Source: Candidatus Onthousia faecigallinarum
GTDB taxonomy: Bacteria; Bacillota_I; Bacilli_A; RF39; UBA660
Assembly (NCBI GenBank): GCA_018716225.1
Contig: DVKE01000048.1
Span: forward strand, 166 to 64,165
Direction: 5' to 3'
Length of the DNA stretch: 64,000 nt
The notes under the pieces were generated by a model. That model saw nothing but the letters and a program-made list of their open reading frames with translations, made no database searches and was not told where the DNA came from. A program made the position numbers and the translations under genes. Each line of letters begins with the position of its first letter. Position 1 is the stretch's first letter. This document shows positions 18,755 through 29,088 of the stretch, piece after piece.

Positions 18755-19627
18755 TTATATTATATTACATTCGCCTATATTGTTGCAAGGTGGTGTTTTA
18801 AAAACATCCACTAATTCTCTAATTTTATCCTTCATTGCTTCTTCTCCACTACCAATTACCTTACGAGGATCATAAATATTAGGATTTTCTTTGATAAACT
18901 CACTCACTGCATCATGCCATACTACTTGTAATTCAGTATTAATATTAATTTTATTAATTCCACAAGAGATAGCTTTCTGAATCATATCATAAGGAATTCC
19001 TGTTCCCCCATGCAACACCAAAGGAATTGTAAGAGCATCATGAATTTGTTGCATTCTAGCAAAATTCAAATTAGGTTCACCATGATACAATCCATGAACA
19101 GATCCAAGAGCAGGAGCTAAAGAATCAATGCCTGTTTGTACGAGTGCCATACAGTCTTCCAAAGTTGCTTGATAATTATCACCATAAATATTATCCTCCG
19201 TTCCCCCAACATGACCAACTTCAGCTTCCACACTAACTCCTCTAGCATGAGCATAATCAACTACTTGTTTAGTAATTTCTACATTTTTGGGTAGTTCAAA
19301 ACGACTCGCATCAATCATAACAGATAAAAAGCCAGCATCAATTGCCTCTTTACAAACTTCAAAACTACTTCCATGATCCAAATGCAAACAAACTGGAATC
19401 GTGATCGAAAGATCTTCGATTAATCCTTCTACCATTTTTCGAACCGTAAGAAAACCACCCATATACTTTTTAGCTCCCTCACTAACCCCTAAAATCACAG
19501 GTCGTTGTAACTCCTGCATAGTTTCTAAAATATACTTTGCCCACTCTAAATTATTAATATTAAAGTGGGGTACAGCATAATTATTACTTCTTGCTTCTTC
19601 TAACATCTCTTTAAAATTAACTATCAT
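18755..19627 (-). CDS. fba: Fructose-bisphosphate aldolase class II
   Basis: The start is chosen at MIVNFKEML, with RBS GAAGGTGA. The YAVPHFNINN..LHLDHG motif is class II FBA. Confidence 0.85.
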   Translation of the reverse strand: MIVNFKEMLEEARSNNYAVPHFNINNLEWAKYILETMQELQRPVILGVSEGAKKYMGGFLTVRKMVEGLIEDLSITIPVCLHLDHGSSFEVCKEAIDAGFLSVMIDASRFELPKNVEITKQVVDYAHARGVSVEAEVGHVGGTEDNIYGDNYQATLEDCMALVQTGIDSLAPALGSVHGLYHGEPNLNFARMQQIHDALTIPLVLHGGTGIPYDMIQKAISCGINKININTELQVVWHDAVSEFIKENPNIYDPRKVIGSGEEAMKDKIRELVDVFKTPPCNNIGECNII

Positions 19628-19728
19628 TTTTTCACCTTCACTTCTATCATATAGAAAAGAACTCATTTTGTCAAAAAGAAACGCTAAAAACCAAAGAAAG
19701 AAAGCTAACCCATAAGGCTAGCCTCTTC

Positions 19729-19884
19729 TTACTTTTTATTTTGATTTGGACAATCTGATCCATAATCACTAGAATCGCGAGAAAACATTTCTTTTTCATT
19801 CACTTCTTCTGCACTAGGGCAAGAATTTGGACAACTTTTATTATTTTTCTTTTGATTCTTTTCTTGATTTCTCTTGTTTTTCAT
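19729..19884 (-). CDS. Small Cys-containing protein (51 aa, hypothetical)
   Basis: The sequence is MKNKRNQEKNQKKNNKSCPNSCPSAEEVNEKEMFSRDSSDYGSDCPNQNKK. It has RBS GGAGGGATTAAAATG and a downstream hairpin followed by a T-run. Confidence 0.3.
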   Translation of the reverse strand: MKNKRNQEKNQKKNNKSCPNSCPSAEEVNEKEMFSRDSSDYGSDCPNQNKK

Positions 19885-19929
19885 TTTAATCCCTCCATTT
19901 CTATTATGGAAAGAAAAAGAAAATTTATA

Positions 19930-20472
19930 CTAAAAAGAAAAAAGGTATTGCAATCCTAAAAGAAATAACAAAATACTACCAATAACATTGGCAATTTTTC
20001 CAAATTTTAAACTTAATTTTTTACCAAATTTTAAGCCAACATAAGTAAACATAGCACTAATCAAACTAAAAACAACCCCACAAAGAATCATATTTTCTTG
20101 ATCCATCGAAAGTCCTATTCCAACAGAAAAACTATCTAAACTAACACTAAAAGCAAAAAGAATCGCTTGCCAAAACCCACCTGCAAAACTTACTTTTTTT
20201 TCGCCTAATTCTTTAGAATTAAAAAGCATCTCGAAAGCAAGAATAAGAAAAATAATTCCAGCGAAATGATCGGGATGAAGAAAGAAGGAAGCTAGCACAA
20301 AGGAACCAATCATCCCTCCTAAAATAGGCATAAAAAAATGAAAAACACCGACAAGAAAACTTAAAAAAACAATACTTTTTCGTTCTAAATTCAAAGTGCC
20401 ATAGATCATAGAAAGAGAAAAAGCATCCATACTCAAACTAATTCCAATTAAAATTAAATGCACAAGATCCAT
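19930..20472 (-). CDS. mntP: MntP/DUF204 family membrane protein (putative Mn efflux)
   Basis: It has two DUF204 repeats (SMDAFSLS, SLDSFSVG). Confidence 0.6.
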   Translation of the reverse strand: MDLVHLILIGISLSMDAFSLSMIYGTLNLERKSIVFLSFLVGVFHFFMPILGGMIGSFVLASFFLHPDHFAGIIFLILAFEMLFNSKELGEKKVSFAGGFWQAILFAFSVSLDSFSVGIGLSMDQENMILCGVVFSLISAMFTYVGLKFGKKLSLKFGKIANVIGSILLFLLGLQYLFSF

Positions 20473-20520
20473 AAAAGACCTCCCTATTAAAACCTATGAG
20501 GAAAGCCTTTTTCTTATGAA

Positions 20521-21054
20521 CTATCCAAAATATTTTGTAATTAAGTCCTGCACAAAGAATTTATATTCTACTGCATTTGTATTGGTTTCTTCTGCTTCTA
20601 ATAAACAAAGAGGTGGAAACAATACACACCACCAATTCTCCCCCTTTCCTTCTCCTAAAGTTACAACCAAAGATTCGTAATATCCTTCTTTATAAGTAAC
20701 CCCTTTATATTTTTTCTCTGGAAAATAATTAAGGCCATAATGAACTTGGAACAAATCATCTTCTTTATTCTCTAATAACGTCCGAGAAACAACCCCTTCA
20801 AAACGATTGACATTATTTTTTAATAAACTTCTAGTGGTAGAAACATCATGACTATTTTCAAGTAGACTCGTAATATCTTTTTGCAAAGCATCTCGTACTT
20901 TGATTTTATTGTTCTGATCTTCCACACTATTGGAAGCGGCAATTACGCGAAAACGAATCGCTTCATCGGGAATAATAACTTCTGTAGAATTTTTATTTTT
21001 TGAACCAAATATGCCAATTAAAATTAAACTAGCAATAATTAGGATCTTCTTCAT
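20521..21054 (-). CDS. spoIIR: Stage II sporulation protein R
   Basis: It has IPDEAIRFRVIAASNS and ENWWCVLFPPLCL motifs matching B. subtilis SpoIIR. It lies next to prmC-prfA as in Bacillus. Confidence 0.85.
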   Translation of the reverse strand: MKKILIIASLILIGIFGSKNKNSTEVIIPDEAIRFRVIAASNSVEDQNNKIKVRDALQKDITSLLENSHDVSTTRSLLKNNVNRFEGVVSRTLLENKEDDLFQVHYGLNYFPEKKYKGVTYKEGYYESLVVTLGEGKGENWWCVLFPPLCLLEAEETNTNAVEYKFFVQDLITKYFG

Positions 21055-21100
21055 AAGAAAACCACCTTTCTACTTTCATAGTGGGTAGTTTCCTTTTTTC

Positions 21101-21928
21101 TTATTCATTTTTGGGTAAAACAAAAAGCATTCTATTTCGACCTTGCATATCTTTTTCCACAACAACTCTTCGATCTGGGTATGTTTTTTCCACAAGACTT
21201 GTTAATAAATCCTTTTGATCCGATCCTATTTCAAAAGCAAAAAGAGTAGAATCTTTTTGATAAGGGTAAGATGTTTCTAAAATTTGGCGATAGCAATCGA
21301 TCCCTTCTTTTCCGCCATACAAAGCCAAAGATGGCTCATTTCCTCTTACAATTTTCTCAATTTCTTCTCCATCTTTAATATAAGGAGGATTGGAAACAAT
21401 AATATCATATTGTTCAATAGGAAGATTAGAAAACCAATCACTCTGATAAAAAGTAACATCTGCTTCTAGTCTCTTTGCATTTTCCTTCGCTACGATAAGA
21501 GCCTTTTCACTTTTATCCACTAAAGTAACAAGAAGATTAGGAAGTTTTTTCTTTAACGTAATACCAATACAGCCACTTCCACATCCAAGATCTAAAACAG
21601 ACAAATTGTTTTTTCCACAATTCTGTTCATACTGCAAAACCTTTTCAACTAGTTCTTCCGTTTCAAAGCGTGGAATTAACACATCTTGATTTACCAAAAA
21701 CTCATAGCCATAAAAATTGACATGCCCGATCACATATTGGATCGGATAATTGTTTTTTAAAGCCAAGACTTTTCTTTGATATTCTTGAACCAAATTAGGT
21801 TCTACCTCTAGATCCAAAATCAGCAAAAGTTCTAAGGGATTTTTCTTTAATAAATCGGCCAGTAAAAGCTTTGCATGACTACTGCTGATATACTTCTTAC
21901 CATATACAATTAAATCTTCAACGCGCAT
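21101..21928 (-). CDS. prmC: Release factor glutamine methyltransferase
   Basis: It has the NPPY motif (VSNPPYI) and a SAM-binding DLGCGSG motif. Confidence 0.9.
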   Translation of the reverse strand: MRVEDLIVYGKKYISSSHAKLLLADLLKKNPLELLLILDLEVEPNLVQEYQRKVLALKNNYPIQYVIGHVNFYGYEFLVNQDVLIPRFETEELVEKVLQYEQNCGKNNLSVLDLGCGSGCIGITLKKKLPNLLVTLVDKSEKALIVAKENAKRLEADVTFYQSDWFSNLPIEQYDIIVSNPPYIKDGEEIEKIVRGNEPSLALYGGKEGIDCYRQILETSYPYQKDSTLFAFEIGSDQKDLLTSLVEKTYPDRRVVVEKDMQGRNRMLFVLPKNE

Positions 21929-22127
21929 ATTTTCTTTTTCCTTTGGAATAAGTTTTTAGAAAAGAAGGATTAAAAACGGTTTTCTCTTTTTCGAAATAAA
22001 GATGAGAAGACAAAGTATGACAATGAGTACAAAAAGTCTTATCCTCTTCTAAAATATAAGGTTTATCAAGCGAAAAACAATCTGGATAAAAAGTGATTTT
22101 TCCACAATTTAAACACATCTTTTTCAT
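21918..22127 (-). CDS. Small zinc-ribbon protein (hypothetical)
   Basis: 69 aa with CxxC..CxxC motifs (CLNCG, CTHCH). Its start overlaps the prfA stop (ATGA) and its end overlaps the prmC start. Confidence 0.4.
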   Translation of the reverse strand: MKKMCLNCGKITFYPDCFSLDKPYILEEDKTFCTHCHTLSSHLYFEKEKTVFNPSFLKTYSKGKRKYAR

Positions 22128-23185
22128 TCTACTTCACCAGCCAACTTTCTTTTTTGATCTTCCATAATTAAAGCTTCGATAATATCATCCAATTGACCAT
22201 TCATCACCCGATCAAGATTATTTGTTGTATAGCCTATTCTATGATCCGTTACTCTATTCTGAGGATAATTATAGGTACGGATCTTTTCTGCCCGATCACC
22301 CGTGCCAATTTTATTCCTTCTAGCACTGCCTAACTCTTCTTCTTGTTTTCTTAATTCTTGTTCATAAAGGCGGGCTTTTAAGACTTTCATGGCTTGTTCT
22401 TTGTTTTGAATCTGACTTCTTTCATTTTGACAAGTAACAACGGTATTGGTTGGTAAATGAGTGATACGTACCGCACTATCGGTGGTATTTACCCCTTGTC
22501 CTCCACAACCAGAAGAACGATAAATATCAATTCGTAAATCCTTAGGATCTATTTCGACATTGACATCTTCTGCTTCTGGCATTACTAAAACCGTAGCAGT
22601 AGAAGTTTGAATCCGACCATTACTTTCTGTAACTGGTACTCTTTGTACCCTATGAGAACCACTTTCATACTTTAATTTCGAATAAACATTGTTTCCTTTT
22701 ACCATAAATTCAATTTGACTAAAACCACCAGCCGTTCCTTCTTCCGCATTCAAAACTTCAATCTTAAAACCTTCTTTTTCAGCATATTTCGAATACATCC
22801 GAAACAAATCCCCTGCAAAAATATTCGCTTCATCTCCTCCAGCTGCACCTCTAATTTCTACAATAACATTCTTTTTATCATTAGGATCTTTTGGAATCAA
22901 TAAAACTTCCAACTCTTGTTCTTTTTTCTTCTTTTCTTCTTCCAAACGATCCAATTCTTCTTTTGCCATGTCCTTAAGCTCTGGATCTTTTACCATTTCT
23001 TTCGTCTCTGTAATATCTTGCATAATCTTTTTATAATCACGATAAGCCAAAACAATCTCTTCTAAATCGGCTACTTCTTTCGAGATTTCTTTTGTCTTTT
23101 GCACATTATTTAAAACATTAGGATCCATTAATTCCTTTTGTAATTCATTATATTTTTTTTCTGTAACTTCTAATCGCTCGATCAT
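22124..23185 (-). CDS. prfA: Peptide chain release factor 1
   Basis: It has the GGQ motif (SGCGGQGVNTTDSAVRITHLPT). Confidence 0.95.
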   Translation of the reverse strand: MIERLEVTEKKYNELQKELMDPNVLNNVQKTKEISKEVADLEEIVLAYRDYKKIMQDITETKEMVKDPELKDMAKEELDRLEEEKKKKEQELEVLLIPKDPNDKKNVIVEIRGAAGGDEANIFAGDLFRMYSKYAEKEGFKIEVLNAEEGTAGGFSQIEFMVKGNNVYSKLKYESGSHRVQRVPVTESNGRIQTSTATVLVMPEAEDVNVEIDPKDLRIDIYRSSGCGGQGVNTTDSAVRITHLPTNTVVTCQNERSQIQNKEQAMKVLKARLYEQELRKQEEELGSARRNKIGTGDRAEKIRTYNYPQNRVTDHRIGYTTNNLDRVMNGQLDDIIEALIMEDQKRKLAGEVE

Positions 23186-23249
23186 CTACGATCACCCTTT
23201 CTTAAATCGTCGTTAGTATTGTATCATAAGAAAAAGAAAAAAACTAGAG

Positions 23250-23705
23250 CTATTGCTCTAATTCTAAATCATCTTCATCGACTACCACAAGATCTTTTAA
23301 ATCCTCATCAGCACTATCATCGTAGTCATCTTCATCTTCGTCACCAGATCCATAATTATCTTCTTCTACTTCTTCTGGCAAAATAGCATCATCTTTAACA
23401 TCCTCAATGTCTTCTTCATCCTCATCTTCATCATCCGTTACTTTTAAAACCTTATCCGAAGTATGCCGACTTCTTAAATCCCAACATCCATCTTCCAACA
23501 TAAGAAAACGTTTATCAGTCGTCAAAGAAGTATAATAATCTCCTATTTTTTCTTCAAAAGTCTTCTTTGGCAATTCCAATAGATCAATAATCTTATGGAA
23601 AAGATCAGCCGTATTCATTTTATGGTTCTCCTCTAAAATGTAATAGGTGAGATCTTTATAAGACAGTAATTCTAAATCCTCTTTTTTCATTTTTGATAAC
23701 TTCAT
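23250..23705 (-). CDS. rpoE: DNA-directed RNA polymerase delta subunit
   Basis: It has an N-terminal HARE-HTH-like domain and a long D/E-rich acidic tail. Confidence 0.75.
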   Translation of the reverse strand: MKLSKMKKEDLELLSYKDLTYYILEENHKMNTADLFHKIIDLLELPKKTFEEKIGDYYTSLTTDKRFLMLEDGCWDLRSRHTSDKVLKVTDDEDEDEEDIEDVKDDAILPEEVEEDNYGSGDEDEDDYDDSADEDLKDLVVVDEDDLELEQ

Positions 23706-23831
23706 TAATTTTCCTCCTATATATAAAATAAAAGCTAAAGCATTATATGCACCGAAAAAGCTTTTGTTCCTTTTTTAACCATATAAACTTATATCATTTT
23801 TTAATAGAACATGCAATAGTTTTTTTATACT

Positions 23832-25571
23832 TTACATTTTTTCTGGAATTTCAATGCCTAATATAGTCAATAATTCCACATTAGTATCATAGACCATTTT
23901 CGTTAAAACTAACCAACTTTCTTGTCTTTTTTGGTTTTCTTCTCTTAAAATATAATGTTTTTCATAAAAGCGATTATATGCACTAGTTAGTTGATATAAA
24001 TACTCTGCAATAATATTTAATTCCTTTAATTCAAAAGCTTTTGTTAATACTTCCGCTTTCTGTAAAAGAAGGAGAATAATTTCTTTTTCTTCCTCTACTT
24101 CATACATTTTTTGATAAGAGAGAGATTGTTTTTTCGCTTTTGCTAACAAAGATTTCATCCGAATCGTCGCATATAGAAGGTAGGGACCTGTTTTGCCATC
24201 CACATCAATAAATTTGCTGGGTTCAAAAATATAATCAGTAGTACGATTTGGTAAAATATCGGCATATTTGACCGCTGCAATCATAATTTTTTCGGCAATA
24301 TCATCTCGTTCTTTTCCAGTGATTTCTTCCCGCATATGAGTTTTAATTTCTTCTTTCACACTATCTAGTAATGTTTTGAGTGACATAGCATTTCCATCAC
24401 GGGTTTTAAAGGGTTTCCCATCACTGCCATTCATCGTACCAAAGCCTAAAAATAATAACTTCGTAGAAGAAGGAACAATTTTGGTTTTATAAGCAGCCCG
24501 AAAGACTTGGGTAAAATAGAGTTCTTGGCGAACATCTACGACATACCAAATCTCATCAGGAGAAAACCGTTTCATCCGAGAATCAAGGGTTGCCAATTCC
24601 CTTGTAGCATAAAGTGTCGCGCCATCATTTTTAACAACTACCAAACTTGGCATCGGTGCAATATCCGTATCTTCTTTTACCTCAATGACTTTAGCACCTT
24701 CACTATCTACTAAGTAGCCTTCTTTTTGAAGACGCTCTAACATAGGAGGAATATAAGGATAGCAATCACTTTCTCCTTCCCAAAGATCAAAATCCGTATG
24801 AAGACGTTGATAAACACTTTTAATATCCGCAATCGATATCTGTTTAATCTTATCCCATAAAGCAACATACCCTGCTTTTAAAGCTTCTAATTCCGCCGTA
24901 ATCCTTCGTACTTCTTCCATAATTTTTTCATTTTCTTTCGCTTTCGTACTAGCAACTGGATAAATCTCTTCTAAATCTTTGGCCGTAATAGGAAGAGGAT
25001 CCCATTCTTTTTCCTCTTTTCCACTGAAATAATTTAAATTAGGATAACGCTCTCTTATCTCATAAATCACCATTCCAGACTGTCTACCAATATCCCCAAA
25101 ATGAACATCACTAATGACATCACACCCCAAATGACGCGCTAACCGTTTTAAAGATTCCCCAATATTAGCTGGCCTCAAATGACCAACATGAAGCGTTTTA
25201 GCAATATTTGCCCCTCCATAATCAAGGAAAACTTTACGCTTTGAAACCAAATCATAAGAGCTTGCTGGATCAGCGAAAAACCGGTTCATAGCCGAAAGAA
25301 GAAATTCATCTTTAAAAGTTAAATTAATGAAACCAACTCCTGCTATACTAACAGAGGAAAAATAACCACTATCTTCTAAAACAGAAACCATAGTCAAAGC
25401 AATCTCATGGGGATTTTTATGCATTACTTTAGCAAGCTTCATCGCATCATTTAATTGATAATCTCCCAAATCCGGCCGATTACTTCGCAATAACTTAACT
25501 TCAGTAAGAGGAATCTCTGCCCCCCTAAAAGCTACTAATAGTTTTTGCTCTACTTCTTTTAATATACTCAT
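23832..25571 (-). CDS. argS: Arginine--tRNA ligase
   Basis: 579 aa. It has the HIGH motif HVGHLRPANIGE and a C-terminal DALR-like domain. Confidence 0.9.
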   Translation of the reverse strand: MSILKEVEQKLLVAFRGAEIPLTEVKLLRSNRPDLGDYQLNDAMKLAKVMHKNPHEIALTMVSVLEDSGYFSSVSIAGVGFINLTFKDEFLLSAMNRFFADPASSYDLVSKRKVFLDYGGANIAKTLHVGHLRPANIGESLKRLARHLGCDVISDVHFGDIGRQSGMVIYEIRERYPNLNYFSGKEEKEWDPLPITAKDLEEIYPVASTKAKENEKIMEEVRRITAELEALKAGYVALWDKIKQISIADIKSVYQRLHTDFDLWEGESDCYPYIPPMLERLQKEGYLVDSEGAKVIEVKEDTDIAPMPSLVVVKNDGATLYATRELATLDSRMKRFSPDEIWYVVDVRQELYFTQVFRAAYKTKIVPSSTKLLFLGFGTMNGSDGKPFKTRDGNAMSLKTLLDSVKEEIKTHMREEITGKERDDIAEKIMIAAVKYADILPNRTTDYIFEPSKFIDVDGKTGPYLLYATIRMKSLLAKAKKQSLSYQKMYEVEEEKEIILLLLQKAEVLTKAFELKELNIIAEYLYQLTSAYNRFYEKHYILREENQKRQESWLVLTKMVYDTNVELLTILGIEIPEKM

Positions 25572-25575
25572 ACCT

Positions 25576-25950
25576 TCATCTCCATTCTACTTGATAAAAA
25601 TGATCAAAACCATTTCCTTCTATCTGATAACACACCTCAAAACAATGATCTTTTACAGTTATTTTTTTTGTCTCTAATCCAATCACGCCTGTTTTTTTCA
25701 AATCTTTCAAATAAACTTCAAATCTTGAATTCTTTTTCCCAAATTTATAACTTAAAATCGCTTCTTCTGTTTCCCGTAACAAGATTTTTTCTTTTAAAAA
25801 AAGCGTAATTTTCGTATTCTTATTTTCCTTAAAAACAAGGCGATCTTCCTCTTCCTGATAAATTCCCTTTAAATCAAAAGTAATCTCTTGATCTCCATTT
25901 TTTAGTTTCGTATGTACTAGTACTTTCAAAAAAATCACTTCACTTTTCAC
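25576..25950 (-). CDS. DUF1934 (YwiB-like) protein
   Basis: 124 aa. It sits upstream of argS as ywiB-argS does in Bacillus. Confidence 0.5.
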   Translation of the reverse strand: MKSEVIFLKVLVHTKLKNGDQEITFDLKGIYQEEEDRLVFKENKNTKITLFLKEKILLRETEEAILSYKFGKKNSRFEVYLKDLKKTGVIGLETKKITVKDHCFEVCYQIEGNGFDHFYQVEWR

Positions 25951-26107
25951 CTAACGATTATAGCAAAAGGTAAGAAAAGAAACAAGAGAAATTCCCCACT
26001 CTTTCTTCTCAAGCTCAAGTATACCATGTGTCCTAATCTTCGTAAATAGTTTTAATTTCTAATCATGATTTTTTTATTTTTGGTAAAACTAACATCAGGT
26101 GGTATTC

Positions 26108-28069
26108 ATGAAAAAATGGAAAAAAATTTTAAAATGGCTGTTTCTTTTTGTTATAGTTATTCTTATTTTGCACGCTGGAATGTATCTTTATGCTTATATT
26201 ACACCAAAATTACAAATAAAAAGCGCCAACAGTTTCACCATGTTTGATAAAGATAATAACGTTTTCTTTCAAGGAAGCGGAAATCAAGAATGGATTGAGC
26301 TTGATCGTATTTCTCCTTATTTAATTGAAGCAACAATTAATACCGAAGATAAAAACTTCTATAAACATAAGGGTTTCGATTATCTACGAATTTTAAAAGC
26401 TCTTTATGTCAATATTATTTCTGGTTCTACCCAACAAGGCGCTAGTACCATTACCCAACAATATGCCAAAAATTTATTTTTAGATTTTGACAAAACTTGG
26501 GCTAGAAAATGGGATGAAATGTGGTACACGATCGAGATTGAAACACATTATAGTAAAGATGAAATTTTAGAAGGATATTTAAATACGATCAATTATGGTC
26601 ATGGCATGTATGGAATAGAAAATGCTAGTCAGTTTTATTTTAATAAAAGTGCCAGTGATCTAACCCTAGCAGAAGCAGCTATGTTAACAGGGATTCCCAA
26701 ATCTCCAAGCAATTACTCTCCCTTAGTCGATGAAGCAAAAGCAAAGGAACGGCAAGAATTAATACTTAAAAATATGAAAGAAGATAAAGTAATTACCGAA
26801 GAAGAATATCAAGAAGCAATCAACGAACCACTTACTTATGTGGGAGAAAAAATGGATAATGATATTACTACCGTGATGTATTATCAAGATGCTGTTTTAA
26901 AAGAATTACAAGAGATCAAAGAAATTCCAAGTACCTTCTTAGAAACAGGAGGACTTAGAATTTATACCAATTTAGATCGAGCGATGCAAGAAGAATTAGA
27001 AGAAAATATCAAGGAAACAATGCCCGAAAGTGAACTTGAAGTAGCAAGCATCATGATGGATCCTGAAACAGGGAAAATATTCGCTTTGGCAGGAGGAAAA
27101 AATTATACCACATCGGAATTTAATCGAGCTATCTCAGCGAGAAGGCAAGTGGGATCCACGATGAAGCCGATTCTTTATTACGCAGCTTTAGAAAATGGCT
27201 TCACCGCTTCCACTACTTTTACAAGCCAAGAAACAACGTTTACTTTTGCCAATCAACAAACTTATTCTCCTCAAAACTATAATCAAAAATATGGAAACAA
27301 ACCAATCTCCATGGCCACTGCCATTGCTTATTCAGAAAATATTTATGCCGTAAAAACACATATGTTTTTAGGGGAAGAAACTCTCATCAATATGGCAAAA
27401 AGACTTGGAATCACTTCAAAATTAGATAAAGTTCCATCTCTTGCCCTTGGAACAAGTGAAATCAGTATGAGTGAAATGGTCGGTGCCTATGCTGCCTTTG
27501 CCAACGAAGGTTATAAAGTAAAACCTCATCTCATTGAAAAAGTACTTGATAAAGAAGGAAATGTATTATATGAAGCGGAAGAAGAAAAAGATGCTATTTT
27601 AAATCCAAATCTTACTTTTATTTTAAGCAATTTATTAACTGGAACCTATGATGCTACTTTTATTGATTACAATTATCCAACCGCAGTCAATCTAGCTTCC
27701 AGAATGACCCATACATATGCCTTAAAAAGTGGTACAACCAATACCGATAACTGGTATATTGGTTATAACAAAGATGTCGTCACTGCCGTATGGTGTGGCT
27801 ATGATGACAATCGTGATCTAAATTCGAGTGAATATAAATACGCTCAAAATATCTGGCTAGCGAATATGGAAGATTATATGGAAGGCAAAGAAGATGCTTG
27901 GTACACGCAACCAGATAATGTCGTAGGAGTCCTTGTTAACCCAATATCTGGAAAACCTGCAACCGATCAAGATGAAAAAAAGAAATTAATGTATTATATT
28001 AAAGGAACAGAACCAACTGCAAGCGATCCTGTCTTTGATGAGAAACTAGGCGATAATATTGCCTCATAA
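26108..28069 (+). CDS. Class A penicillin-binding protein (transglycosylase/transpeptidase)
   Basis: It has GT51 motifs (EDKNFYKHKGFD, TITQQYAKN) and TP motifs STMKP and KSGTTN. It has a signal anchor. The RBS AGGTGG lies 5 nt before the ATG at 26108. Confidence 0.85.
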   Translation: MKKWKKILKWLFLFVIVILILHAGMYLYAYITPKLQIKSANSFTMFDKDNNVFFQGSGNQEWIELDRISPYLIEATINTEDKNFYKHKGFDYLRILKALYVNIISGSTQQGASTITQQYAKNLFLDFDKTWARKWDEMWYTIEIETHYSKDEILEGYLNTINYGHGMYGIENASQFYFNKSASDLTLAEAAMLTGIPKSPSNYSPLVDEAKAKERQELILKNMKEDKVITEEEYQEAINEPLTYVGEKMDNDITTVMYYQDAVLKELQEIKEIPSTFLETGGLRIYTNLDRAMQEELEENIKETMPESELEVASIMMDPETGKIFALAGGKNYTTSEFNRAISARRQVGSTMKPILYYAALENGFTASTTFTSQETTFTFANQQTYSPQNYNQKYGNKPISMATAIAYSENIYAVKTHMFLGEETLINMAKRLGITSKLDKVPSLALGTSEISMSEMVGAYAAFANEGYKVKPHLIEKVLDKEGNVLYEAEEEKDAILNPNLTFILSNLLTGTYDATFIDYNYPTAVNLASRMTHTYALKSGTTNTDNWYIGYNKDVVTAVWCGYDDNRDLNSSEYKYAQNIWLANMEDYMEGKEDAWYTQPDNVVGVLVNPISGKPATDQDEKKKLMYYIKGTEPTASDPVFDEKLGDNIAS

Positions 28070-28111
28070 TTTTTAAAAAAGTTCATATAGTATAGGGAAA
28101 GGACTGATATT

Positions 28112-28465
28112 ATGAATCAAAATGGATTTTCTATTCCCTCACAGAGTACCGCTCCACCCTATCAAAACTTTTACCCCCAAAATATGATGTCAAACAACAA
28201 CAACAATAATAATAACAATATGCAACAAGATGCTAGTTATGCCGAGAACATCCTAACTTTAAACGTAGGAAAATTTGCCAACTTTTACATGTCATTTTCT
28301 GATTCCCTAGAATGGCGAGATCGTATATTCTCAGGTATCATTCAAGCAGCTGGAAGAGATTATGTTATCATAAGAGAGCAAAATTCCAACACAAGGGTTC
28401 TTTTATGGACTGTGTACCTTAACTATGTCGAATTTAATGAACAAATTAATGTAAAAGAAATGTAA
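28112..28465 (+). CDS. gerQ: Spore coat protein GerQ (YwdL family)
   Basis: It has an N/Q-rich N-terminal region and a C-terminal block ENILTLNVGKFANFYMSFSDSLEWRDRIFSGIIQAAGRDYVII..LLWTVYLNYVEFNE matching GerQ. Confidence 0.7.
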   Translation: MNQNGFSIPSQSTAPPYQNFYPQNMMSNNNNNNNNNMQQDASYAENILTLNVGKFANFYMSFSDSLEWRDRIFSGIIQAAGRDYVIIREQNSNTRVLLWTVYLNYVEFNEQINVKEM

Positions 28466-28523
28466 GGATAGAATTGTAACATCCTTTTTTCTTTGCTATA
28501 ATATCTATAATAGAGGTGAAAAA

Positions 28524-29066
28524 ATGTATATACTATATATTATTATTGGTGTTAGTCTATTTTTATTTTTATTTATTTTTGCAATCACATTAATATCCTA
28601 TAAAAACAAATATTCTTTTTTGTATATAAAATTAAAAGAAGCAGATAATAACATGGATATTCTTCTCCAAAAGAAAGAAGAACTAATGCTCAAAATCATC
28701 CCCTTTTTAGAGGAAATCGATCACAAAGAAGATCTTCCTGATCTCATCAAATTAAAATCAAAAAAATTAGATCATTATGAATTATATAAAGAGTTAGAAA
28801 AAAATTATAATGAACTTGTGGATATTATGGAAACCTATGAATCAAAATTAAATAATAAAGAGTTAAGTCATTTTATTGATAAATTAAATGATAATGAAAA
28901 TGATCTAAGAGCAGCCTTAAAGTACTATAACGATAGTGCTACGGAGATTAATCATTTGATTCATCACTTTCCTTCTAATTTATTAAAATTAGTAAATCAC
29001 TATGAAGATATCGAATTATATACCTTTAAAAAACAAGATCGTTTTGAACTATTAACAGAACAATAA
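28524..29066 (+). CDS. lemA: LemA family protein
   Basis: It has an N-terminal TM and a YYNDSATEINHLIHHFPSNL block typical of LemA. Confidence 0.55.
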   Translation: MYILYIIIGVSLFLFLFIFAITLISYKNKYSFLYIKLKEADNNMDILLQKKEELMLKIIPFLEEIDHKEDLPDLIKLKSKKLDHYELYKELEKNYNELVDIMETYESKLNNKELSHFIDKLNDNENDLRAALKYYNDSATEINHLIHHFPSNLLKLVNHYEDIELYTFKKQDRFELLTEQ

Positions 29067-29088
29067 AACTCAAGGCCAAAGCTTTGAG

